Numbered from the stretch's first letter, positions 39,419 to 57,094 are shown. The stretch is 64,000 bases of DNA from the human T2T-CHM13v2.0 reference genome, Homo sapiens (GCF_009914755.1 NC_060925.1); one strand, 5' to 3'. Notes: generated from the sequence alone by a model not told the origin. Made by a program: numbers and translations.

Positions 39419-40663
39419 CTGGCAAGAAAAAGAAAAGGAAACACTGCCAAGTCTAGTGGTATTTAAGGTCAATTTCCCTCAGGCAAAATTTACCAAACAA
39501 TAAAAGTTTATAAATAAATACCAAAGTAGAAATATAAGTGTCGTATGATTTATAGACTGCCTCAGAACCTCCAAATGCTTTCTATGAGAATACACCTCCA
39601 CAGGTAGCTGTATCCCTCAGAGCAGTCATCCTCAAACTAGAGTGGAGATTATTCCCAGGGGACGTGTCAATGCAACAGGGGATATAAGCCCTAGAATAAA
39701 CAAGGTGCCTCTTTCTGGAATGTCAATTTGCTCAATGGAAAGAAATATAAGCTTTCATTTTAGTAGCAAAATAAATACAGATATGTGAAGAGTAAAATGC
39801 AAAATTCAAATACACACACAAAAAAAAAAGAAAAGAAAAACTGGAGACTCTGAAGAAAGCCTGTGGTCAGTCATCTACAACTATGCCCTGTTTGGGGGTG
39901 TAAAGTCACTATCCTCTCATCTACAGCTATATGGGTTGAAAAGTCTGAGAAGCATTACTTTAGAGAAGCAAGGGGTAAGTGATGTCTCATTTTCCATAAC
40001 ACGAGAAAATTTTTGTATAGCAAGAGGAGGGAAGAAAGGCGGCAAAATGATGGAGTAAGTCAAGAACAAAGTCAAGCCTAGAGTCCCTTGTTACTGGCTG
40101 TTATTTTAAATTTGCATAAACAAAGAAGCACAGCACTGTCAAAACAATATTCTCATTATAAAAACTTATTTAATCTGAGCTTGCAACAAGTGTAAGAGGA
40201 AAAATTATGGGGAACTCTTTCAAGATTCAAGCCCCAAATGGGTAGAGAAAGCAATGAACCTGAAAACCTCAATTCTAATCTCATTTCTGCCATTTGTTGG
40301 CTGTGTGACCTTGGGCAAGTCATATAACCTTTCTGGGTCTGTGAAATAAAAAACTGGCCAGAAGGCATTTATAGGTCCTTCTCCAACTCTAACATACTTA
40401 TGGCAGATATACGAGAACCAATGAAATACAGTAAGACATGAAATTATTTAACTTGCACATTCCTAAAGTTGAGAAATTTTGCCAAATCTGAAGTTTTAGA
40501 TTAGTTCAGGCCATACCTAAGACAGTCATTCCAAAGGGATAATTTTGAAACCCATGGGAATCTGGGCTTTTCCTAGACTCCTCTAGAAAGAGAGAACTCT
40601 GGTGACTAGGAGGATTAGGTATAAGCTGAACACATGGCTGTTGAACACTAACTGAACCTGGTC

Positions 40664-40963
40664 TTTTTTTTTTTTTTTTTTTTTGAGATGGAGCCTCGCT
40701 CTGTCACCAGGCTGGAGTGCAGTGGCATGATCTTGGCTCACTGCAACCTCTGCCTCTAGGGTTCCAGTGATTCTCCTGCCTCAGCCTCCCAAGTAGCTGG
40801 GACTACAGGCGCCTGCCACCACACCCGGCTAATTTTTGCATTTTTAGTAGAGACAGGGTTTCACCATGTTGGCCAAGATGGTCTCGATCTCTTGACCTCA
40901 TGATCCGCCCACCTCAGCCTCCCAAAGTATTGGGATTACAGGCGCGAGCCACAGTGCCTGGCT
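40664..40963 (-). mobile_element. AluSc-like
   Basis: TSD ctgaacct(g/c)gtctt. Confidence 0.9.
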
Positions 40964-41473
40964 CTGAACCTCGTCTTCTAATGCGCAACTCATGTCCCTG
41001 AGAAAGAGTCCTTCAAGTTCCCCTTGAGTTTAAATCAAACCCCACAGGTTAACAAAAATGAATGTTTACTGAGCCTTCATTATGTGTCAATTCAATGCCA
41101 AGTTACTAGCAGGCAACTATAAAAGAAATGCTCAGTGTTGTCTCTGTCCTTGTAGAGCCAAACAATATATAGTTGGAATGATAACGGTAAACATAAACAC
41201 CAGTTAATCAGACAGCAGATTACGGCAGCACATTGCCAAGTGCTGGATTAGGATTATAAGTGCTGTACAAATTCAGGAAACGAAAGAATGATTGTGGAAG
41301 GGGTGGAGTGGGATAGAATGGGGTGGGAGTGTAGTCACAGAGAAGGCAGAACCTGAATCAGTGTTAAGAAAAAAAAAGAAAACTGGAATTGGCCTGAACA
41401 ACTCAGTGAGTTCCTCAATAGTCAGGTTTTAACAGTCATTAGCTCAGAGCAGCAAATGTGAACCTACCACCTA

Positions 41474-41635
<162 letters not shown>

Positions 41636-42757
41636 CTACAGGAAGAGAAGCCAAAAGCTCATCATATAAGTAGTTGTTTGCATGATGATCTCAGTCCTGC
41701 TTAACACCAATTACACAGCCTAGCACATCCAACAAGCCTAATAAACATCTGTGTAAGGAATAAAACCACTCTTCAGGAAACTGAGACAGAAGAAGATGCT
41801 AAAGGTCAAGGAGACCCAAAACTGAAATCGAGACTCACTCTATAAAATAAGTCAAAATGGCAGTCAGAATAACCTGGAGGACTTCTTTCAAAACCTATGT
41901 GTTCCCAACACCCCCTCCTCTTAAAAAAAGTTCTCATATGCACCTACTTGAGATTTTGTGCAATCTTTAAACAGTTCTTAGCACTATTTGGCAGAGATTC
42001 CCTTAAAATGACTGCAGCAAGCCCTCTGTACTGATCCTATCTAGAGTCTCCATGGCCACAGGAGTGCTTGCTCCAAGGGTTACCAATCAGGGAATCAAAA
42101 AAGCCCCAGTATGAAGAAAAACAAAAACACCACACATCAAAATTCCTAGGATGCAGCTAAAGCGGTGCCCAGGGGAAAATTTACTGAGGTCTGTATGATG
42201 AAGGGGAAGCAACAAAGGAGACTGAGAAGGAGCAGATGGAGAAGAGAAAGTATATCCCAGAAGCTGAGGGACGAAAGTGCTTCAAGAAAGAAGTGATTAG
42301 CTGTGCCAAAGGCTTCTGAGAGGGTAACTGAAATGTGAACTAACAAATAACCATTGGTTGGGCAACAGGGAGATCATTAGTGAACCTGGAGTAGCGGTGA
42401 GGAAAGGCTGACTGAGTCAATTCAAGACAATGGGAAATCTAATCAAGAAGAAATGATTTTTAAGAACCCAGATTATCATGCATTCCACAAAACCACTGGT
42501 CTTGACTCTTCATGTAATGAAAGAAAAAAAACGCTGAAGAATGTTTCTAGATTATAGAAGAATAAAGAGACATGGCAAATGCAATGCAGGGTCTGCAGGA
42601 TCTAGGACTGGATCGTGGATTTAACAAAAAAAGAAAAATATAGCCAGAAGGGATATTACCGGGACAACTGAAGATATCTGAACATGAATATATGAGTTAA
42701 TACCAATACAGAGAAATTGAGAATAAACAAAGTAAACAAAGTAAGTATATGCAATTA

Positions 42758-42934
<177 letters not shown>

Positions 42935-43326
42935 TTAAAAAAAAAGAGAGAGACAGAAAGAGATGGCCTACTGAACAAAACAGAAACCAAAACCCTGAGT
43001 TTTTACAAGTAACCTTAATCATTTCAATTATATCCTTTGAACCTATACTAACCTCCCAAATTTCACTGAATTGTATTGAGAATTAACAGCATGTTCACAT
43101 AAAATTTTCTCAACCATTTTGTTTTAAGAAAGACCCTCAACTGTAAATAGAACTCAGAAGTACTCTGTTACTCTTTTGCAAATTCTAAATTTTCTTTAAC
43201 TGTTGTTGTGGAGTCAAGGGACAAAAAAGTGCAATTTGAGAAATTATTTCACTATCTTTCCCTTGTCATTTCCAATTCCTCCCAGTGAATTTGATTCAAC
43301 AAAAAAGTTTTGCACTCTCTTAAATA

Positions 43327-43965
43327 CAGCAGTTCCCCCTTACCCATGGGGAATATGTTCCAAAACCCCCAGTGGATATTGGAAACCATGGATAGTACCA
43401 AACCCTATATGTATTCTGTGTTTTTTCCCATACATACATACCTATGATAAAGTTTAATTTGGCACAGTAAAATATTAACGTCTCATAATAAAATACAACA
43501 ATTATAACAATATTCTATTCACAATGTCACAGACAGAAGATTTGTTCTTACCAATCTCAGCATATAATTGTTTTTCATTTTTTTATTGAGAACTTTAACC
43601 TTTTTTGCTTAAAGGAAGCACTTTATGGCTTCTTTAGAATATCCAAAATGCAGGCATCACTACTCTTGTGCTTTGGGGCCATTTTTAAGTAAAATAAAGA
43701 TCAGTTGAACAAAAGCACTGTGATACCATGACTATTGGACTGATGACAGAGCAGGCTACTAACGCTGACGGCGTGGATACGCAGAACAAAAGGAGGATTC
43801 ATGTCCTGGGTGGAACAGAGTGAGATTTCATCATGCTACTAACAACAGAGTTTGATTTAAAATTTATGAATTATTTTTGGAATCTTCATTTAATATTTTC
43901 AGACTGCAGTTCAGTGCAGAACTGAAACCCTGGAAAGCAAAACTGTGAATGAGGGTGGACTACCG
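43327..43965 (+). mobile_element. MER44 (Tigger7-derived DNA transposon)
   Basis: TA-flanked; termini cagcagttccccctta and tgagggtggactaccg; matches recalled MER44 start. Confidence 0.8.
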
Positions 43966-44230
43966 TATCTGACAGGGTGGGAGGATGAAAGACATGACTG
44001 GGACACCTGGAAGTGTTTGCTTAATTACAGGCACTAAGAAAAACTGAGTGAGGGGAGAAAAGGAAATTTCACAACTGCAACAACCAAGGCTGTTATCTTT
44101 AAGATGCTCTGCCACAGTCCCACTGTAGCCGACCAGAATTATTCAGAATACAAAATTCCATCCCATATTCTTGGGATCATACAAATGAGTGTGATTATAA
44201 AATATTTTACTACCTGAAATCACATCCTCA

Positions 44231-45988
<1,758 letters not shown>

Positions 45989-46424
45989 TTACCCATCACA
46001 ACCTTTACCCACACAGAGAGAGGCATGATTTAATGAAATGACTGAGGGGACATGAAATCAGATGGCTCAGGTTGAAGCTGCAAACTAGCTGTTTGATGCA
46101 GATGAAATAATACCTCTTCAGTTTCAACTATAAGAAGGGGACAATAATCCTGTGAAGAAAACACTTATATAAGGATGTAGTAACACTTTGTGAACTCTGA
46201 AGTATTGCATGAGAATTTAATATGGCTGTTATTACTGAATTTAGATGGGGATTCAAACTATGTGTTACTGCCTGTGTCGGGGAGTCTACTGAGGTATCTG
46301 AGACACAATGCACATGCTCATGCAGTTTGAGAATCCAACGCTACAGCATCAGGCCCCACCACTGCAAGCAATAAGCAAGATTTATAATAGGAGACTTTCC
46401 TTTTATAAAATTTAATGGTGCATC

Positions 46425-46782
46425 AGATGCAAGATGTCAAGATTTCTGGATGTTTCTGGACACAGCACCACAGAGAATCTTAAATGGAAAAAAAATTTCC
46501 TTAAATTTTCAACAACAAAGAAGAACACCAAGATGCAAGATGTCAAGATTTCTGGATGTTTCTGGTGATCACAGAGAATCTCAAATGGAAAAAAAAAGTC
46601 CTTAAATTTCGAACAACAGAGAAGAACACCAAGAGTAAGAGAGACATGAAGTAGAAGGTTAGGAAGGTTCTGGTGTCTCTGGAGATCACAGAGAATCTCA
46701 AATGGAAAAAAAATGTCCTTAAATTTTGAACAACAGAGAAGAACACCAAGAGTAAGAGAGACATGAAGTAGAAGGTCAGGAA
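46425..46782. repeat. Imperfect tandem triplication (periods ~106 and ~117 bp)
   Basis: Three copies of cacagagaatct.aaatggaaaaaaaa...cttaaattt..aacaaca.agaagaacaccaaga. Confidence 0.95.
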
Positions 46783-46907
46783 AAAGAAGAAAAGATATTA
46801 GGTCAAGCAAAAGATATTCTCTAAACTGACATTCACAAGAACTTAGTAGAATTAAACAATACATCAAAATGAGGAAGCCATATCTTGACATCTTGTGTAT
46901 GTATATC

Positions 46908-47195
46908 TTTTTTTTTTTTTTTTTTGAGACAGGGTCTTGCTCTGTCACCCACGCTGGAGTACAGAGGCATGATCTCGGCTCACTGTAACCTCCTCCTCCC
47001 GGTTCAAGTGATCTTCCCACTTCAGCCTCCCCACTAGCTGGAGCTACACACACTCACCACCACATTCAGCTAATTTCTTAAATTTTCTTATAGCGACAAG
47101 GTCTCACTATGTTGCCCAGGCTGCTTTTGAACTCCTGGGTTCAAGTGATCTTCCTGCCTCGGCCTCCCAAAGTGCTAGGATTACAGGTGTGAGCC
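46908..47195 (-). mobile_element. AluJ-like
   Basis: Poly-T plus reverse Alu. Confidence 0.87.
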
Positions 47196-47229
47196 TGTAA
47201 TTACAGCCTGTTTTAAATGTCAAAACATA

Positions 47230-47395
47230 GTATGTAAACGTATATATACATATGTATGTATGTAAGTGTATCTATGCACATACATACATATGTATATACA
47301 CATTTACATACGTGTATGTATACACGTATATACACAATATTTTGATATTTAATATACATTTTGACTTTTTAAATAATATATATGCATATATACAT
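47230..47395. repeat. Degenerate (TA/TG/CA)n simple repeat
   Basis: Alternating purine-pyrimidine tatatacatatgtatg... Confidence 0.8.
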
Positions 47396-48124
47396 TACTT
47401 TTTGAATGTAAACACACAGCAAAGATTATGGCAGCACATACACCATTAAACCATTAAAGTGTTAATGTAGGAGTAGGATTACTGGGATGTTTTCCTTTTC
47501 TTCTTGTCTTTCTATATTTTGATTTGGAGGGGGGGCCATAGGAAGACACTGCTTTTATAATACAAAAAATGATAAATGAATAACACAATCAATGAAAACA
47601 GATGTAAACAATTTTTTTTTTTTGCCATCTCCCTTTTTTGTTTCTTTTTAAATGTCTAATCAATGTCTACCCATTCATGGTTGTTCTGCTTGTTAGGTGA
47701 TGTTTTTGTAGTATTTCAAGTATGGGAACTTGTCAAAAGTAATGTTTCCAATCATCAGTTCACATTCTTACAATATGTGTTCACCAAGTAAAGAGCTGAG
47801 GTGAATGAAGGCTGTGAGGTCACAAAGGAAACCAAGGCTGCTAGTCGCTACAGGTAACTTACCCTATGACACAAATTAACATTTTGATTCAGTTAGGTCC
47901 ATTTTGGGATCAAAATTTATAACTGGGTAAAGATTCAGAGACCATCTCTGTTTGTAAATAGTATTTTGTAAGCTTTTTTGTGTGTGTATAAAATACTTTG
48001 CAAACATTTTCCATGTTATTAAATATTCTTCTACATAATTGTTCTTGGTAGCCTTACCTTTTGCAAATGCACTGCATGAATGTCGCATAAATTGTACAAC
48101 CAATTCCCTATATTTTACATTTAG

Positions 48125-48438
<314 letters not shown>

Positions 48439-48805
48439 GGTTGCATCCAACTTTTATAAACTGAAAACAATATTAGGGGGAAATAAAAAACGGCAGTATC
48501 CCCCTCCCCATCTCAGCCCAATAAATACATGTATTTTCTTTCCAACTAGTTATCTGCAACCCAAGCTTCATCTAAAAAGGAATGCTTAGATGACCCAGAA
48601 CCATTTCTTCACTTAATCCCTGAGCCTTAGTTTCCTTATGAATAACAAGAAAAGGCTCTGGGGCCAGCAACAGAACTTAGCTTTCCCACTCCAAATCCAG
48701 GTTCTTTTACTATGCCTGCTTCTCTCCTCCCGTTTTAAATTAGTAAACTGGCACAGTAGTTTATGAAGCCATCTTTCATAAGGTTAGATGCCAGGATATG
48801 ACAAC

Positions 48806-49150
48806 TGCTATGGATTGAATGTGTTTCCTTCAAAATTCAGGTGTTGTCAATGTAATATTATTAAGAGGTAGCGCCTTTAAGAGGTGGTTAGTTCATAAGA
48901 ACTTTTCCCTCGTGAATAAGATTAAGGCCTTCATATATAAAAAAAAAAAAAAAAAAGTGTCATGCAGCATTTGGATAGCTTGCTCTTCTGCTCCCTCTTG
49001 CCCGTCCACCTTCTGTCATGTGAGGATGCAGTTAAGAAGGCTCTTGCCAAATGCTGGCACCTTGATCTTGGACTTCCCAGCCTCTAGAACAGTGATAAAT
49101 AAATTTCTGCTCATATGAATTACCCAGTCTGTGAAAAACAGACCAAGACA
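48806..49150 (+). mobile_element. MST-family (MSTC/D-like) solo LTR
   Basis: tgctatggattgaatgtg start, ttgatcttggacttcccagcctctagaac, aagaca end. Confidence 0.78.
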
Positions 49151-50039
49151 AGCTCTCAGAAGGAGATACTGTTAAAAGTCCCTACAAAGAAAGCAAAGGA
49201 CACCAGGGATAGAGGGGGCCCCACCAGGGGACAGCGATCTTTGAGACTGGGCTAATAATACACAGTGATCGTATCTACATTAAGACTCTAAAAACTACAA
49301 CTTTTAGACCAGTAAAAATAGAATTCATATCTAAGACTTTCCTCCAAGTGACCTCTAAATTTATTAATTGGTTTATTATAGGACAAGGACCAAACTTCAA
49401 TTATCATCACAGAAATTAACATATGTGGTCTCATCAATGAACAAATCTTTACCAGGTCAATAAAAAGGGTATTTCACATCGCACTGACTCCTCGGAAAAA
49501 AGGGCCCATCTAGGGTACAATGGTATTTCTCATCTACTTTGCCAGAATGATGCAAGAGATCCAGAGAAAGGAATGAAAGCAAGTGTATTATGCTCAAAAG
49601 TAGGACAAAGACAAGACAAACTGGAGGTAATATTCAATAGCATGTAATTGGTCTCTTCATGAACCCAGGTGAACTATCAAATTTTTTCAACAGGTAAATT
49701 GGGGGGAAGGGTACAACATGTCTGATATATCTACTATTGCACAAAGAAGAATTATAATAAGATTTTTTAAGAGAAATTGTCCCTTTGAAGATAATCAAAA
49801 GAGAGTTGAAACATCTGAAATAAAATGCATTCTATTGGGGTAGGGTTCTTATTCACCAGATATTAGTAAACCTATCTCCAATATAAAAGAAAGAAGAAGT
49901 TAGGCCATATTTAGTACTTCTTCTGTCTTCTATAAAATGTTCATTTAGCCCTGCAGAAATCGAACTCGAAAAAAGGTTTCAATTTAATTGACTCTATATA
50001 GGCCTAAACTAGTATTTTTTAAAGGGAGTTACGAAGAAA

Positions 50040-50398
50040 AGATGAATATGTGGAGCACAGAGGATTTTTAGGGCAGTGAAACTACTCTGTATGATACTAT
50101 AACAGTAGATATCATGGTATTGTACATTTGTCCAAACCTACAGAATGCACACCACCAAGAGTGAACCCGAATGTAAACTATGGACTTTGGGTGATAGCGA
50201 TGTATCAATGTAGGTTCATCAGTTGCAACAACTGTGCCACTCTGGTGGGGTATGTTGATAATGGGTGAAGCTGTACAAGTGTGGGGACAGGGGACAGCTG
50301 TACATGTGTGGGGACATATGCATGGGAAACATCTGTAGTTTCTGTTCAATTTTGTTGTGAATCTAAAATTACTCTAAAATATAATGTATATTTAAAAA
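50040..50398 (+). mobile_element. L1MC/L1MD-type 3' UTR fragment
   Basis: gatttttagggcagtgaaactactctgtatgatact...aatgtaaactatggact. Confidence 0.75.
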
Positions 50399-50439
50399 GA
50401 AGGGGTTATATAAAAACTAAGGCTACACTGTAAGTTTAC

Positions 50440-50521
50440 CTCTGACAAGGTCTTATGCAGCAGGGAGCTTTGGTTTTTCAACCTGTGAGCTTCATCCACA
50501 ACAAGAACACTCCAAGGGAAT
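50440..50521 (-). CDS. CHD1L: CHD1L exon 6 (82 nt; [16 protein letters not shown]..., Walker B)
   Basis: ctcacag acceptor, GAG|gtaaac donor; DEAH box. Confidence 0.97.
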
Positions 50522-53500
50522 CTGTGAGAGAAAACCCAAGCTTTCAGTTTTGTGTAATTTAAACACATATTTCACAATCAAAAGTCTTACTACAAAACTG
50601 TGACTGTTATTAAAAAGACTTAACAGTAAGCCCCTTCTATTACAAATGCCACCAAATTACCTTCCTGAGAGGCTACATGTGCATAATACAATATCTGGAT
50701 AAGGTAGTAAAACCAAGGGATTTTTTTTTTTAACAAAATGGGAAAGACCTATGCAGAAAGGAAGAAGCCAGAGACAGAAAGGAAAAGGAAACATTTATGA
50801 TCTCCTACTTTGTGCCAGACACTAACCTCAGGGCTTTATGTGTTATTTAGTCTAAAAGAGTATAGCAAGCAGACAATTGTGCTCATTTTACTAATAAAGA
50901 CACTAAAGCTCAGAAAGGTTAGGTGACTTGGTGAAGGTCATAAAGACAGAGCTGATGTTCAAACAGAAGAAAAAAATCAAGATAGACAGTGGTGTTGTAG
51001 GAACTTAAGAAGTGTGACTTTAAAATGGGTAAGTGGTGAGCAGAGTCAAATCTCACAGAGATGTCCAGGAAGATATATCCACTGAATTTGTTGACATGGA
51101 AGTCATTAGTGGCTGTTGCCAGAGCACATTTTGTAGCATACTGTGTCACATCAGCAATTTCTCAAGAAGTTTCAGTCATAAAAGCAAATACTTTGACAGA
51201 TACTACTGAGAAGCTATTTAAGAAAAATTCAAAATACAGAAAAAGATATATGTGGGAATGTTTCAAGTTGTATTATTTAAAACAGCAAAAAATGGAAAAT
51301 AACCTAAATGTCCAATAATAGGTAGTAAAATATTACATGGCATTTTAAATAATAAATATGATTATGTTGCAATTTAAAAGGCCTATAGAATAATAAAAAA
51401 GATATAAATATCATGTATCCTCTTTTACAAATGTGAAAGCCATGCAAAAGATAATAAAGTGAAAATTATAAGATGTTTAACTTTTTATTTTGATTATAAA
51501 CATTCTGGAATCCCATTACATTATTTTCATATTTAAAAAACTAAATGTATATACAGGTAAAACAGAACACTGGAAAAATAGTAGGTATGGAAAGGAAAAT
51601 TCCTCCAAAATTAGAGAAAGATCTTGAGCAGAGGTTCACCTTACAAGGAGGAGGCCCTCTTCCTGAGGCTACAGAGAAACTCCAGAGGACAGGCAGAGGA
51701 ACAGAGGTCCCTATGACATTACCATTCACCTACTGAGAGAAGCGAGTAGAGGGAGGACTGAGGGTCCAAAGAGAGTGCAGGAAGTCGAAGGAGAAGGTTG
51801 GGTGGCATGAGCAGAGGATGCATTTAAGGATGACAAGAAACAAAGGTCCAGTTGAAGTTGCACAGTGGTCATGAGATAAGGTATGGAAGTTTCTCTAGGA
51901 TGGTGCCTGGCTCTGTCTGAATTAGCTTTCAAAACAGATTAGGTCCTATTCCCTTGTGAAGAACTAGACATTTAGGTGTCCAAAAAATGCTTGTTCAGTG
52001 AAACAGGCTACAGAGTGGTGGATTTTGGCTCATGAAAGGAAGTGGGTCAAATCACTTATCAAAGGATACTCTAAATGATGTCCCCTGAAGAGGAAAAGAT
52101 GGGGGAAATCCAGCACTGAATGGAAAGTTGGATGAGGTAACTTCTAATCCTCTTGATCCAAAGAGTTTTACAAGTCTATTGTCCAAAACATTTCAAATTT
52201 TTCATATTTGTAACATGCACAGCCTTAACTCTCCATAATAAATCTCTTTAGGGCAGAGATGATATTACACTTCCCTGCTATTCTCAGAATGTACAATACA
52301 GCAATAAGCAATATAACCTTCCAAATATATTGAAAGAATGTATCTATGTTGTTGGGATTCATACTACAGGACAGCATTATAAATGTCCCTCTGTTACTTA
52401 GGTTTTTAAATCTACCTGAAAATGCACTGAAAACCGATTATCTGAAATAGAAAGATTCTATTTCTGCTGAATAATGTAAAACTCCAGTACAACTAGCTAT
52501 TTTGAGAAGTTCTCTTAAAAAGAGGCTCCACAGCACCAAATGCTGGGTTTAAATGTCTGCTCTGCTATTTATCATCAGCAATGTAACCTTGGATGGGTTA
52601 CCAAATCTCTTATTTTCCTCACCCGTAAAATGAATAATAGCTGCCTCGTGGGGTTTTCATGAAAATTAAATGGGATAATTTATGTAAAGTACCCAGCAAC
52701 ATTTATGTCCCAATTTTATTATCTTTTGAGACTTCCCATATATTGCTATGTATTATGGATATCTGTACACTTCTCATCCCTCCACTGGAGTTTGTCTTCT
52801 TAGGGAAGCTCTATGATTTACTTTCCTGATATTGCCAATAACTCTCAGAACAATGTCTTTCCAGTGACTGACTTTCAACAAATATTAAGTTGAATATTAA
52901 TAATAAAAAGAGAGGGAATGTATATCTTAAGAAAAATAAGATAATATGCTCACTTAAATGAAATACTAGATAGAAGTCATGAAATCTATGACCTAGCCTC
53001 TAGTATTTCAAAATAACATGAAAATAGAAATCCAGCTCACAGGAACCTGGATAAGAAATAACATTTAAAATATTGATAAAATACTTTGAAAACAAAGATT
53101 TTTGAATATTAAAATACAGAATATCCACCTAACCATGTAATAACTACAGAGGTTATAGAGAATGAAACCCTGTCAACATATCTTTCTTACCTAAACTCTA
53201 GCCCTTATTTAATCTGCATTGTAACTGTTATCTTGACATGATCCTATCATTCCCATTATTAGGTGGTATTGCTGAGTTTCTGATTTCATGGGCCAATATG
53301 AGGTTAACTAATTAGAGGTACACTTAAAACTCCCTTTCTAAAAAGTTAATTCCACGGCACTGATTGCTATTTTAGGTTATGTCCAGCAAACAGCTCAAAT
53401 GGTTCTCCTTCTGTATTACAGCAAACTCTCCAAATGGTAGTACTGAAAGGGGTCTATGCAAGTTGCATGTAAAGAGCCTAATATCTATTAACCATACAAA

Positions 53501-53795
53501 GTATATTTAATCTCATTTAATTTTCGTAACAGCTATTTGAGGTAAGAAACAATTATCCTCATTTTACAGATGAAGAAGCTGAAGTTCATGGAGATTAAAT
53601 AACTAACCCAAGGACACACAGCTAATGAGTAGAGGACTGTAAACACAGGACTCCCACCATGCCGCCTACCCATAAACAGAACTCATGGAAGACATACCAG
53701 ACATGCCAGGAGAGGCAAAGTACTAAAACGTGAAGGAAAGACATGACATTCATAATACATTCAACCCAAGTTCTTAAATAGTACAACCTACTCAC

Positions 53796-53827
53796 GATTT
53801 TAGAAATGATGCATCTTTCAAGCAAAT
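53796..53827 (-). CDS. CHD1L: CHD1L exon 5 (32 nt; ICLKDASFLKS)
   Basis: ttttcag acceptor, ATC|gtgagt donor. Confidence 0.95.
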
Positions 53828-54391
53828 CTGAAAAATTAGGAAGACACGTTATAAAGGCTGGCATTGATAAACTCTGATATTGATAAGCTAGTTTTCTGTG
53901 AACTCTCTTAAACTATAGGATTTATCTAAGTCTCATTTGTTCACTAAGTAAAAAAAAGTTCTGAGAATAATTTCTAAGTAGCGCCATCTTAAAAACAAAG
54001 AGAAAAGCCTGATTAAGTGGAAGGTCAGTGGCACACACTGTCTTAGACTGAAAAACAAGGATTTAAAATAAGGCCGGAGCTGTCTTCCATTCCTATCCTC
54101 CAGTAACAGACGTGATTCCTCAGTCCACAAAACCCTTTCCCCTGCCTGCCTGCCTGACTTCTGTTCATCAACCAAGAGGCAGCTCAAGTGCCACTTCCTT
54201 GAGAAGCCTTCCCCCTTGATCCACCAAGAAAGGAAAAGATCGAACTAATTTGAAGCACAATGATCCTTCACTTCTTTTGGTTACAGCCCTCTTTTGAGAA
54301 TCTGATGAAGGTAGACTCCCTGCCCAGAAAAGTGTGTGCTCTCAACAAAACTTAAATATAATTTCAGCAGACTCTACAACTTCTAAGGTCA

Positions 54392-54580
<189 letters not shown>

Positions 54581-54831
54581 CTAGATCCATGTGACAGGAT
54601 GTGCATATCTGGAAAATTACATTTAATGGGAGGATTGCAATGTACAGAACTCATGAGGTCCTACAACCAGAGTCTTGGGGCTCTGAATCTTATCTAAAAA
54701 AATGGTTGAACCTCAGAGCGAGTTCCTATGTGAACAGGTAGAGGGATCAGATCTAAAAAGGTCTTGTGCTGACTCTAAAAATAAAACGATCTCTTCCACG
54801 TGAGTTACTTCCTACGTCACTATGAAAAATA

Positions 54832-55133
<302 letters not shown>

Positions 55134-55381
55134 AATGGCTTCTACTAAGTTCATCAATACTTACTATAAACGATTGCTGACCTTTAAATTGCCAAATAGT
55201 AATAATATTACTCTTCCCCTATTATATCCTCAGTGTCTACCTACACTCTATCAGCTCAAAGTTTTCTGGAATAAACTTACTAATTACGACAATAGGTTGT
55301 TTTATCATATTTTATACATCATCCAGAAAAAAAATCTTAATCAAGATAAACAATAAAATTTCAGCTACATCTACTCTGTAC

Positions 55382-55488
55382 CTCTGCATTTCTTCTTTCC
55401 AGTTGCTCAAAACAGACAAGGGACAAAGAATCAGAAATGGCCCTTCATCATTTAATCTTCCTGCCAAATAAATGAAGAGAGCAATAGT
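55382..55488 (-). CDS. CHD1L: CHD1L exon 3 (107 nt; [10 protein letters not shown]...[15 protein letters not shown])
   Basis: ttccag acceptor, GAG|gtacag donor; ORF 55312..55578. Confidence 0.97.
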
Positions 55489-56529
55489 CTGGAACACAGA
55501 AAAAGAAAGGCAGTTTTGATCACATTTCCCCATGAGAAACAACCATGAAGTTCCCACAACCCTGTAGGGAACACACACTCTTGTTTAAGACTTGTTTTAC
55601 AAAGAAATATTGTACGAACTTCCGCATATCAGGGGAGTAATCCATTCGTAGAGCGAAATCATGTAAGCCTCAATATACTTGCACGGAAATTTATGGAACT
55701 CAATTACTTCAGTAGTTAACAAGCAATGAGGCTCAATGTTTAGGTAATTGAACCTCTACTGTAAAGAAAAAGTCAGGAAAGACAATAGAAATCAATGAAA
55801 ATCCAACTGATGGCCAAGATCTGCGATACTCTGAAAACATTAAGCAAGAAGTGCCAAGATATGACTGTAAAAACGGCCAATCGCATGGTGGCCCTCTGCT
55901 GCCTGCCAGGCTTTCCCGAGTGAGGGAGGATGCTTTCCTTCCTCCCTCACTTCCTCCCACCTTCCCCTACTGTCTTCCTTTCTTCCATATGTATTTACAG
56001 GGTGTCTTCTATTGCACTGTCCTATGCTCCAGTTATACAACAGTGAACAGAACCGACAAAACGCCCAGCCCTCCTGGAGGACACATTCTAACGGGGAAAA
56101 CAGACAATACACGATCCTAAGCTTAAGGAAGGGTATAAAATGGAAATATTGGTAAAGGCAAATGGGCATACTTCAGAAGATTCTAGTACACACTTATGAC
56201 TTGAATGTTGCTGTAATATACAGAGAAAATAACCTATTTTAAAACAAAAATGTGTCAAGAGACTCCATCTTCAAATGCTGAGCTATTTCTGAGAAAAATC
56301 TGTCCTAAGGATATAATTCAAAATCCTGAGAAAGCTACAAGCACAAAGATGTTCCTATCAAGATTAAACAGCACAAAAAGGGGAGGAATCACCATTTCTC
56401 GTCTGTAGAACATTTAAGTAAATTATAAATTCTCTTGATGGAATATTATGCAATGTTGATAATGACTGTGAAGAATATAACGAAGTAAAAAATTACAGTG
56501 ACACTGTTAGATTAACAAAATACAAACTA

Positions 56530-56840
<311 letters not shown>

Positions 56841-57094
56841 GTTCAATCATGCAAAACACGCATTGCAACTCATGGTTATGGTTAGAGTGCTTGATTACAG
56901 GGTGGTAGTTAGTTTTTATAACAGAAATAATTTTCTTTTTAAATTATCTATGGCTTCTCAGCCCAAGCTGTGCCAGGAACCATTCTTTAATAAGTGGCTT
57001 ATTGAATTAAAACCATTCAGTCTAGCTTTCCCTGAGGATGCAATTTAGAGAAAGTTTATCTTTTATTACTATAAACCAGATGTGTCTACAAAAC

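Noticed and set aside
46425-46782. Repeat-spacer look resembling a CRISPR array
   Set aside because: Human intron; units are overlapping tandem duplications with no unique spacers and no cas genes
46412-47053. 213-aa minus-strand ORF with internal repeats
   Set aside because: Composed of an Alu plus the tandem triplication; openness is explained by the duplication
49219-49235. CTCF-like CCCCACCAGGGGACAGC
   Set aside because: Mismatch at a strongly conserved core G; much weaker than the 36430 site
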